Assembly (NCBI GenBank): GCA_049966395.1
Contig: JBMFUT010000024.1
Location: 221-10,246, forward strand
From: Candidatus Micrarchaeia archaeon
Lineage (GTDB): Archaea > Micrarchaeota > Micrarchaeia > Micrarchaeales > CABMGC01
Reading direction: 5' to 3'
Length of the DNA stretch: 10,026 nucleotides
Below are positions 1-6,676 of this stretch, piece after piece; within the stretch, counting starts at the first letter, position 1; every line of letters begins with the position of its first letter. The notes below the pieces were generated by a model. The model did not search any database, was not told the origin of the DNA, and saw nothing but the letters and a program-made list of their open reading frames with translations. A program made the position numbers and the translations under genes.

Positions 1-1618
1 AGGTTGTGGATGTTGATGAAGAAGTTGTCGAAGTGCTTGTTGAGGTTGAAGTTGTCGATGTAGTGGTGAAGGTTGTGGATGTTGATGAAGAAGTTGTCGA
101 AGTGCTTGTTGAGGTTGAAGTTGTTGAGGTTGAGGTTGTCGAAGTTGAAGTTGAAGTTGAAGTTGTGGAGGTTGAAGTTGAGGTTGAGGTTGTTGAAGTT
201 GAAGTTGAGGTTGAGGTTGAGGTTGTTGAAGTTGAAGTTGAGGTTGAAGTTGAGGTTGTGGATGTTGAAGTTGAAGTTGATGTAGAAGTAGTTGAAGTCG
301 TGGAGAAGAAGTTGGCTATTTCGGTTATTGGGCCGCCCATCGTCACTGTAGAGGTTATTGCTTTGCCACTGTAGTTGCCTATGCCTATGCCGGTCCAGTT
401 CTTGAAGAAGTACATTGATGAAGAGGCTGCGCTTATCCCGACTATCTTCGAGGCATCGAACCAGTTGCTTGCCGGCGATACTGTGCCTGCAGTGTTCGGA
501 TTCGCCTGCATGTTAAGATAGTACTGCGTCTTGTATGTCGCAAGCATGGTGCAGTTTGAGATTGCCGTGAAGTTGCCAGACTGCGTGGAGACGCCGCATC
601 CGCTTATTGATGAGTATGCGTATCTTGTGCTTGTAGCGCCAGATATGGGTGATGCGAAAGAGTAGGAGTGCTTTGAATTTATGTTATAGGCGATGGTCAA
701 AGGCAGCTGCTGGTAGGTATAGCTGACTCCATCCACAGTAAGTACAGGCGCAGTTGTTGACTGCATTGGAGTGGTCTCGAATGTTACATATACAGGAGGG
801 GTAAAATTGATTATTACGTTTGCAGAAGAGCCTGCGAATGTCGCTGTTATCTTTACGTTGCCTGTCTGGGTGCTTGAGGCGTATGAAAATGCGTTGCCGT
901 TGCTGTCGGTTGTTGTAGGATTTGGCTTTATCGAGACGAAACTCTGGTTGGCGGTGAAGTTGACTGTGGCGCCTGTTATTGGATAGCCAAGCATCCTAAC
1001 AGTGGCAGTGAGCTTGTCGCCTACGCCACTGGCTGCCTCGCTTAGAGAGGCTGCGTTTAGCGAAACATCAATCGTAGTTGAAGTGAGCAGAGGAGAAACG
1101 TGCGTGTTGAAGTTGCCCTTGTATGTCTGCTTTGGCTGCGAAGCGCAGGAAGCTGCATTGCCGCTAGGGCACGGAGTTGCCTGCAGGTAGAGATCGCCGC
1201 TTACGAAAGTCCCAGAAGATATCGCCCTCTGAGGTATCGAGACACTGCATATTATGGCGCCGCCAGGCGCGACGAAGTTGGGCTTGCACGTGCCAGTTAT
1301 CTGGCCTATGTTGCTCACATTCATGTAGAGCGAAGGATTTATTATAGGATAAGACTGCGTGTTGGTCAGCATTATAGCGACTGTAGAAGAAACTGTATTT
1401 GATCCGAATACAAGATCCTGGCAGTACGCTCCGAATGACATTGTGCACTTTGCCGGGACAACGACCGAAGGGACGTATATAAACAAGTAAAGTATTGCGA
1501 TTATTATTGCGACTATCAGGAGCGCCCAGCTGTATGTCAGCATATATTCTAGCACTGACTGGGCGTGAACATGATTTCTAGCCTTACGGCTCTCTTCTGC
1601 CTTGCGTCTCCTTCGCAT
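1..1618 (-). CDS. Secreted pilin-like/adhesin surface protein with class III signal peptide, Big-1 Ig-like domain, InlB B-repeat-like domain and Ser/Thr stalk; partial, runs off the left edge
   Basis: Manual reverse-strand translation from ATG at 1618 is open to position 2 (539 codons, no stop). It starts MRRRRKAEESRKARNHVHAQSVLEYMLTYSWALLIVAIIIAILYLFIYVPS. A Big-1-like segment LTATVRMLGYPITGATVNFT...TTTDSNGNA...GNVKITATFAG lies at ~803-1015. A B-repeat-like segment YYLNMQANPNTAGTVSP...YFFKNWTG...VTMGGPITEIANF lies at ~308-525, followed by poly-S/T. It is absent from the ORF track because no stop falls inside the window. Confidence 0.92.
   Translation of the reverse strand, partial: MRRRRKAEESRKARNHVHAQSVLEYMLTYSWALLIVAIIIAILYLFIYVPSVVVPAKCTMSFGAYCQDLVFGSNTVSSTVAIMLTNTQSYPIINPSLYMNVSNIGQITGTCKPNFVAPGGAIICSVSIPQRAISSGTFVSGDLYLQATPCPSGNAASCASQPKQTYKGNFNTHVSPLLTSTTIDVSLNAASLSEAASGVGDKLTATVRMLGYPITGATVNFTANQSFVSIKPNPTTTDSNGNAFSYASSTQTGNVKITATFAGSSANVIINFTPPVYVTFETTPMQSTTAPVLTVDGVSYTYQQLPLTIAYNINSKHSYSFASPISGATSTRYAYSSISGCGVSTQSGNFTAISNCTMLATYKTQYYLNMQANPNTAGTVSPASNWFDASKIVGISAASSSMYFFKNWTGIGIGNYSGKAITSTVTMGGPITEIANFFSTTSTTSTSTSTSTSTTSTSTSTSTSTTSTSTSTSTSTTSTSTSTSTTSTSTSTSTTSTSTTSTSTSTSTTSSSTSTTFTTTSTTSTSTSTSTTSSSTSTT
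2..304 (-). repeat. Low-complexity Ser/Thr coding repeat (6-bp GTTGAR units on the + strand) with a 69-bp-period duplication
   Basis: Of 101 consecutive minus-strand codons, 100 are Ser or Thr and one is Phe. Positions 1-55 are identical to 70-124, giving a 69-nt period (23-aa unit TTSTSTSTSTTSSSTSTTFTTTS). Confidence 0.95.
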
Positions 1619-1641
1619 TGTTAATAAGATATACATATAGA

Positions 1642-1660
1642 TATTTAAAAGTAATTATTT
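1642..1660 (-). promoter_or_regulatory. Archaeal TATA box for the adhesin gene; probably a leaderless transcript
   Basis: The minus strand reads AAATAATTACTTTTAAATA. TTTAAATA (1649-1642) ends about 24 nt upstream of ATG 1618, and no SD-like motif is present. Confidence 0.65.
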
Positions 1661-1731
1661 TGCTCAGCCCAATGCGGTTTTGCAATATCAGGCTTTTTGG
1701 CGTTCAGCAATTGGCAAAAAGCTGCATACTC

Positions 1732-1745
1732 AAAACCTTTTTATA
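1732..1745 (+). promoter_or_regulatory. BRE/TATA promoter of the RHH-hypothetical-cysD-cysN operon
   Basis: AAAACC-TTTTTATA, an A-rich BRE followed by a TATA box, sits about 40 nt upstream of TTG 1785. An SD-like GGTGA lies at 1776-1780. Confidence 0.7.
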
Positions 1746-1769
1746 TTTTAATGTTGCAACATTAAAATA
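1744..1769. promoter_or_regulatory. Perfect 26-bp palindrome, candidate operator
   Basis: TATTTTAATGTTG|CAACATTAAAATA is a perfect inverted repeat with no spacer. It lies between the TATA box and the expected transcription start of the RHH gene. Confidence 0.75.
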
Positions 1770-1784
1770 CAATATGGTGATCAC

Positions 1785-2012
1785 TTGACAAAAAACAGCG
1801 AGGAAGCGGCACGTGAGAGAAAGTATACAACAATAACAATACCTGCGCCGCTTTTCAACAGAATAAAGAAGATGATAGAGGGCACTGGCTTTTCGTCAGT
1901 CTCAGACTACGCCACATACATTCTTAGAGAGACTCTCATAAGCATAGAGTCCAAGGGCGAGGAGGGCAATGGGGAAATTGCAGCAAAGCTCAGGGCATTG
2001 GGCTACATATAG
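1785..2012 (+). CDS. Ribbon-helix-helix (CopG/Arc/MetJ-like) transcriptional regulator with LRALGY C-terminal motif
   Basis: KYTTITIPAPLFNRIKKMIEGTGFSSVSDYATYILRETL fits the beta-strand/helix/turn/helix RHH pattern (G-F-S-S-V-S-D-Y). TTG start preceded by GGTGA. Confidence 0.85.
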   Translation: MTKNSEEAARERKYTTITIPAPLFNRIKKMIEGTGFSSVSDYATYILRETLISIESKGEEGNGEIAAKLRALGYI

Positions 2013-2020
2013 GTGGCTAC

Positions 2021-2308
2021 ATGGAGAAATTTCTTGAAATTGTAAGCGTTTTGGAGAAAGAGCCTTCTAACACAAACTGGAATAAGTTTGCCAAAGCACT
2101 TAGGAAAAGCGGGGCAAAGTACTACAGGATAGTATACGAGCACGGTTCCTTGAAAAATTCTGAAGACCTCAGGAAGTCTTATGCTGAGCTGTACGATTCA
2201 AAGAAGAGGCTTGTTGCAAAGGTACCAATATTCATGAAAGGCGCCAATGGCGCCGAGGGCGCAACTATATACCTGAAAGGTCTCGAGAACCTGCCGGTGG
2301 TAAGATGA
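2021..2308 (+). CDS. Hypothetical basic 95-aa protein
   Basis: It fills the operon gap exactly: SD-like AGGTGG upstream and an ATGA overlap with cysD at 2305-2308. No family recognised. Confidence 0.75.
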   Translation: MEKFLEIVSVLEKEPSNTNWNKFAKALRKSGAKYYRIVYEHGSLKNSEDLRKSYAELYDSKKRLVAKVPIFMKGANGAEGATIYLKGLENLPVVR

Positions 2309-3093
2309 TAGAGCAGAACATAAAGGAGCTGGAAGAGAGAAGCATATACATACTTAGGGAAGCGCAAAAGCACTTCAAGAACATGGCGGCCCTTTGGAGC
2401 ATGGGCAAAGATTCTACAACCATGCTTGCGATAGCAAGGAAGGCTTTCCTAGGAAAGGTGCCTTTCCCTGTCATACATATAGACAATGGTATAGACTTTC
2501 CTGAGACTTACGCATTCAGGGAGCAGCTTGCTAAAAAGTGGCACCTCAAGCTCATAGTTGCTAAGAGCGAAATAAAGCCGGAGATTTCCGGCTTCAGCTG
2601 CTGCGGAGCAAACAAGACAGAGGCGCTGAAAAAGCTCATGGCGGAACGCAAATTCGACGCTCTCGTAGTGTCGATAAGGAGGGACGAGCACGGCATTAGG
2701 GCCAAGGAGAGGGTATTCTCGCCAAGGAGCAGGGATTTCAGGTGGAACTACAAGGACCAGCCAGCTGAGATCTGGGACGACTACTCGTCGAAGATGGACC
2801 TTGGAGGGCATATTAGGATCCACCCACTGCTGGACTGGAACGAGATAGACATATGGAACTACATCAAAAAGGAAAAGATCCCAGTCAACCCCCTCTATTT
2901 CTCTAGGGGAGGCTACAGATACAGGAGCCTCGGATGCACCCACTGCACTGTGCCTGTGAAGTCTGAGGCAAAAAGCGTTGACGATATAATAAGGGAACTT
3001 AGATCCACAAGCATAGAGGAGCGCTCGGGAAGGCAGCAGGACAAGGAGAAGGAGTATACAATGGAAAAACTCAGGGCTTTCGGATACATGTAG
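2305..3093 (+). CDS. cysD: Sulfate adenylyltransferase subunit 2 (ATP sulfurylase small subunit, PAPS reductase-like fold)
   Basis: LEERSIYILREA N-terminus, PP-loop SMGKDS, RRDEHGIRAKERVFS, RIHPLLDWNEIDIWNYI, YRSLGC and ERSGRQQD motifs. It is adjacent to a cysN-like GTPase. Confidence 0.92.
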   Translation: MIEQNIKELEERSIYILREAQKHFKNMAALWSMGKDSTTMLAIARKAFLGKVPFPVIHIDNGIDFPETYAFREQLAKKWHLKLIVAKSEIKPEISGFSCCGANKTEALKKLMAERKFDALVVSIRRDEHGIRAKERVFSPRSRDFRWNYKDQPAEIWDDYSSKMDLGGHIRIHPLLDWNEIDIWNYIKKEKIPVNPLYFSRGGYRYRSLGCTHCTVPVKSEAKSVDDIIRELRSTSIEERSGRQQDKEKEYTMEKLRAFGYM

Positions 3094-3101
3094 GTGCTGC
3101 G

Positions 3102-4292
3102 TTGATCATCTACAAAATAACGATGCTAGGCCACAAGGACCATGGCAAGTCCACTATGCTTGGTAGCCTGCTCATGGCGACTGGCGCTGTAACTGACGAA
3201 AGGGTAAGGGAAGCAAGGAGGATAAGCAAAGAGCTTGGAAGAAATTTCGAGCCTGGCTTCATACTCGACGCTTTCTCCGAAGAGAGGGAGGGCGGGCTTA
3301 CCATAGACACTACAAGGGCAGAGCTCAAATACAAGGGTGCTGGCTTCGAATTCATAGATGTGCCTGGACACGAAGAGCTCATAAAGAACATGCTCACAGG
3401 AGCGTCAAACGCGACCGCTGCGCTGCTCGCGGTATCGGCAGCAGAAGGGGAGGGCATAACAAGCCAGACCAAAAGGCATCTGTTCATAGCAAAGATGCTC
3501 GGCATATCTAAAATTGCCGTAGCGGTGAACAAGATGGACGTCGCAAATTACAGCAGGGAGCGTTTCGAAAGGATAGCAAGCGAGCTTTCGGCCTACCTCA
3601 AGCGCATAGGATATGGCGACGGGGATTTTGGCTTCGTGCCCGTATCGGCTTACCTTAATGAAAATCTTGTGAGCAGGTCAAAAAAGATGAAGTGGTACGA
3701 CGGCCCTGTGCTCATGGATTTGATCATGCGCGCTGCATCGGCGCCAAAGAGGAGCAAAAGAGGTGCAAGGATTCTTATGCTTGGCAGGATTGACAACATG
3801 GCAACTGGCAAAGTCATTTCTGGCGTTTTCTCAGAGGGCGACATTTTAAGTTTCTTCCCTGGAGGCAAAAAGGCGGCAATGCCGAAGATGATTGTAGGCG
3901 GCAGAAAGAAGAGCAAGGCAAAGGCCGGCGAGAGCATTGCGGCTCCTATAAGGATCCGCGACATTGAGGGCAAGATTGGATGCATCAATGGCGATGCTCC
4001 GATAGTATCTAGAACTTTCAAGGCAAAGATATTCGCTTCTGCCAGAATCCCCAAAAATGCCAGGATAGTGATTAACGGGGTATCTATGGCGGCGAAGATA
4101 GGAAAAATAAAGGTAATAGACACCGCCACGGGGGAGGAGTCTATGAGGAAGCTTAAGCCGCTTGATGCGGCTGCCGCCGAAATAACCCTGGAAAAGGATG
4201 CTGCCTTCGAGAGGTTCTCCGATTTCGAGGAGCTCGGGCGCTTCACAATCTACTCAGCCAACGACTTCGCCGGATTCGGAATTGTGGAATAG
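3102..4292 (+). CDS. cysN: Sulfate adenylyltransferase subunit 1 (CysN/NodQ-type translational-family GTPase, no APS kinase domain)
   Basis: G1 GHKDHGKST, EEREGGLTIDT, G3 DVPGH, QTKRH, G4 NKMD, PVSA..GEN-like (PVSAYLNEN) and C-terminal LGRF...GFGIV motifs. It starts 8 nt downstream of cysD with an AGGTG SD-like site and a TTG start. Confidence 0.87.
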   Translation: MIIYKITMLGHKDHGKSTMLGSLLMATGAVTDERVREARRISKELGRNFEPGFILDAFSEEREGGLTIDTTRAELKYKGAGFEFIDVPGHEELIKNMLTGASNATAALLAVSAAEGEGITSQTKRHLFIAKMLGISKIAVAVNKMDVANYSRERFERIASELSAYLKRIGYGDGDFGFVPVSAYLNENLVSRSKKMKWYDGPVLMDLIMRAASAPKRSKRGARILMLGRIDNMATGKVISGVFSEGDILSFFPGGKKAAMPKMIVGGRKKSKAKAGESIAAPIRIRDIEGKIGCINGDAPIVSRTFKAKIFASARIPKNARIVINGVSMAAKIGKIKVIDTATGEESMRKLKPLDAAAAEITLEKDAAFERFSDFEELGRFTIYSANDFAGFGIVE

Positions 4293-5498
4293 CTATTTTT
4301 CAAGCAATTTGCCTATGAGCTTGGAATATTCGCTCAGCATTCTTTCCTCTGTGAAATGCGACGCTATCATAGCGCTAGAGCGCCGAGCCCTTGTCATCAT
4401 GCTTTTCGAAGCCATTAATGATTCAAGTTTGCTGCGCAGATCTTCTGCGCTGCGGGTTTTGAATGTGGGAATTTTGTAGACCTTGAGGTCTTCTATGCAT
4501 GCAGCTTCTGAAATGAGCATTGGAAGCCTGTGCGCCGCGGCCTCTAGTATAGTGAGGTTGAAGCCCTCCCAAAATGAAGGCAAGACAAAGACGCTTGCGA
4601 TGTTGTAGAAGTATTTTAGCAGATGCTCGTCTACCCCGCCTGCAAAAGCTATTCTGCTGTCGCCTTCGGACATGCGCATGTAGTCATTGAGCGAGGGGCC
4701 GTCGCCGACGAGCAGGAGCGAGGCGTCGATTCTTGAAATTGAGAAAGCTCTGATAAGTGTGCTCACATTCTTCTGCCTCTCGAACATCCTGCCCACGTAA
4801 AGCACAACCCTTTTGTCACCTATAGAGTACCTCTCCCTTATGCTTTTCTCTATTTTTTCATTTCTTCCGAGGCTCACTGATATTCCATTTGGTATGTAGA
4901 CCACGTCCTCTGTGAAATTCCTTATAGCTCTATACTGCTCCATGTTGAGAGCCACTACTGCGTCGAAAAATCTGAAGAATTTTCTTTTTGCTTCTGTCAC
5001 CGAAAGGGCTTGGATGCCTGAGCCTATTGTGAGAGGCATCGCCGCCTTTGAGAAGTAGCCGCGCACAAATTCGGAAGATATGCTGCCGTGGTCTATGTAT
5101 ATCATCTTTGAATTTATGCCAGATCTCTTGAGGTATAAAAGGAGAGGCATGTCCTGCACAGAATTTGATATTATTACTGATGGTGAGATTTCTTTCATTT
5201 TTTTTGCAACTGATGGCTTGTCTATGCCGTAGAGATTTCTCACAACAAGCGCATTGTACGCAAGCTTCGCTAATGCAGATTCTGAAATGCTCTTGTTTCT
5301 AATAGGCTTGCCTATTGCACTGCTTGCCGACGGCAATATCACTCCTTTCTCCCTTTCGCTTATGTAAGAGGTGCCGAATCCTAAGTAGTATGTGTCGAAT
5401 CTTTTGCGGAGCCCCCTGAAAAGCGACGCTGCTATGCGCGCCTCGCCGCCGAACCTGTTGAGCCTGCTTGGCATGTCCACAATCACTATGCTCTCCAT
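4293..5498 (-). CDS. Glycosyltransferase family 4 (GT-B fold), 401 aa
   Basis: GGE N-terminal motif, YIPNGI, LYVGRM..RQKN, LLLVGDGP and FVLPSFWEGFNLTILEAAA (E-x7-E). The start is re-assigned to ATG 5498 (MESIVIVD) because the ORF-track extension to 5912 overlaps the sulfatase-like gene. Confidence 0.92.
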   Translation of the reverse strand: MESIVIVDMPSRLNRFGGEARIAASLFRGLRKRFDTYYLGFGTSYISEREKGVILPSASSAIGKPIRNKSISESALAKLAYNALVVRNLYGIDKPSVAKKMKEISPSVIISNSVQDMPLLLYLKRSGINSKMIYIDHGSISSEFVRGYFSKAAMPLTIGSGIQALSVTEAKRKFFRFFDAVVALNMEQYRAIRNFTEDVVYIPNGISVSLGRNEKIEKSIRERYSIGDKRVVLYVGRMFERQKNVSTLIRAFSISRIDASLLLVGDGPSLNDYMRMSEGDSRIAFAGGVDEHLLKYFYNIASVFVLPSFWEGFNLTILEAAAHRLPMLISEAACIEDLKVYKIPTFKTRSAEDLRSKLESLMASKSMMTRARRSSAMIASHFTEERMLSEYSKLIGKLLEK

Positions 5499-6676
5499 GA
5501 GAAGCGCCTCACACTCTCCCTTTCGAACTTTGAGATGAGCCTTCTGTTCACGCCCTTGACCATGCTGATGTTGGCAGGTATGCCGAAGCTCTCTGAGATT
5601 ACCTCTTTGCTTGTAAGGAGCGACGCCGCTCCTTTTTGCCCCCTTGCGACTGCGGTGACGAATTTTCTGACATTGGCCAAAGACTGGTATCCTTCTGCAG
5701 CATAGACTTCCTCCGGCATGCGCAGCGCCAGCGGCACCTTTATGGCCTCGTCGTACAGCACTGTGCCATGGCCATAGAAGCCATGCTCGCCTAGCAGCTG
5801 CCCGTGGTCGCTGGTGAAAAGCACTACAGCATTGTCGTCTGCAACGCTCTCGGCTATCCTTGCAGAATACCTGTAAGCTCTTTCTGATGCTATATGGTAA
5901 AGACGGCGCCATCTTGATACTAGCTTGCTTGAGGGCTTTGATCTCATGAAAGGCGTTGACCAGTCGAAATCCATTGACTTCTTGCCAACATAAGGGTCGT
6001 GGGCCTCCATGAGGTTTACGAAAAGAAAGAAAGGGGTCTTCATTTTCATTCCTTCGATCTTTTCTGCTATCCTACGCCCGCCCTTTTCTATAGGCCAGCC
6101 GTCTATGAGCTTTGCCTTGGCCTTTATCAACGCCGATTTTGGAGTAAGCATAGCGGCGCTGGCCAGAGCCTCCATGAACATGCTAGGGTCTTCTATCATG
6201 GCGTGTAATGCAATCTTTGCAATGCTATTTCCATAAACATTCCTGTACTTTGCTATAATGGGCTTGAGGCGCCTCGAAACCTCTACTGTGCTGCCGAAGA
6301 CGTCGGTGAAGTAAGACTCCTCCATGAAGCTCCTGAATTCCGAAAAGCCATAGACAGGGCTTACATATGGATTTGCGGATATCGCGTATGTAGAGTAGCC
6401 CATTCTGTTGAGGTCACTTACAAAAGTAGGCATCCTGAGCTTTATGCGGTCTATGTCAAGAGATTTCACGCTGCGGCTTTCATGCGCGCCGTGCTCGCTT
6501 GGATACATGCCAGTGAAGAGCGATGCGTGGCTCGGTAGCGTCCATGACGACGGCGCTATGCAGTTGCCGTAGAATGAGAAGCCCATCTTGCCGAACGAAT
6601 GAAACTTCGCCTCTATGCTGTTGAAAGCATCTAGCCTGAGCGTGTCTGCCACTATTATGGCTATGTTTGGCTTCAT
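5486..6676 (-). CDS. Sulfatase-like hydrolase/transferase (alkaline phosphatase superfamily, Thr-type)
   Basis: PNIAIIVADTLR, WTLPSHASLFTGMYPSEHG, PFFLFVNLMEAHDPY and FTSDHGQLLGEHG..GHG..LYDE.IKVPL motifs. It has an ATGA overlap with the upstream gene and a 13-nt overlap with GT4. Confidence 0.9.
   Translation of the reverse strand: MKPNIAIIVADTLRLDAFNSIEAKFHSFGKMGFSFYGNCIAPSSWTLPSHASLFTGMYPSEHGAHESRSVKSLDIDRIKLRMPTFVSDLNRMGYSTYAISANPYVSPVYGFSEFRSFMEESYFTDVFGSTVEVSRRLKPIIAKYRNVYGNSIAKIALHAMIEDPSMFMEALASAAMLTPKSALIKAKAKLIDGWPIEKGGRRIAEKIEGMKMKTPFFLFVNLMEAHDPYVGKKSMDFDWSTPFMRSKPSSKLVSRWRRLYHIASERAYRYSARIAESVADDNAVVLFTSDHGQLLGEHGFYGHGTVLYDEAIKVPLALRMPEEVYAAEGYQSLANVRKFVTAVARGQKGAASLLTSKEVISESFGIPANISMVKGVNRRLISKFERESVRRFSWRA

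Noticed and set aside
1..300. Repeats as a possible CRISPR array or mobile-element end
   Set aside because: There are no unique spacers, the periods are multiples of 3 and in frame within a CDS, and no cas or transposase genes are present.
6..374. Plus-strand poly-(Val-Glu) ORF and the overlapping poly-(Leu-Lys/Arg) ORF at 73-285
   Set aside because: These are antisense shadows of the Ser/Thr repeat in the real minus-strand gene.
771..1448. Short ORFs 771-986, 1002-1190, 1100-1402 and 1164-1448
   Set aside because: All lie antisense or out of frame within the adhesin gene and show no motifs.
1774..1788. Mini-ORF ATG GTG ATC ACT TGA (MVIT*) overlapping the RHH TTG start
   Set aside because: It is more simply explained as the GGTGA ribosome-binding site. 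There is no evidence of translation, though a leaderless uORF cannot be excluded.
2240..2254. Inverted repeat GGCGCCA-A-TGGCGCC
   Set aside because: It is short, lies inside a CDS, and is explained by Gly-Ala-Asn-Gly-Ala codons.
2305..3093. Call as PAPS/APS reductase CysH or DndC
   Set aside because: It lacks the C-terminal ECGxH motif, has CysD-specific RAKER and ERxGR motifs with a cysN partner, and no dnd genes are nearby.
3102..4292. Call as elongation factor EF-1alpha or SelB
   Set aside because: It is too divergent from the highly conserved EF-1alpha, sits directly downstream of cysD, and has a CysN-like C-terminus.
5499..5912. 138-aa N-terminal extension of the GT4 ORF in the ORF track
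   Set aside because: It overlaps the sulfatase-like CDS in another frame and has a non-protein-like composition. The GT-B fold begins at MESIVIVD (5498).
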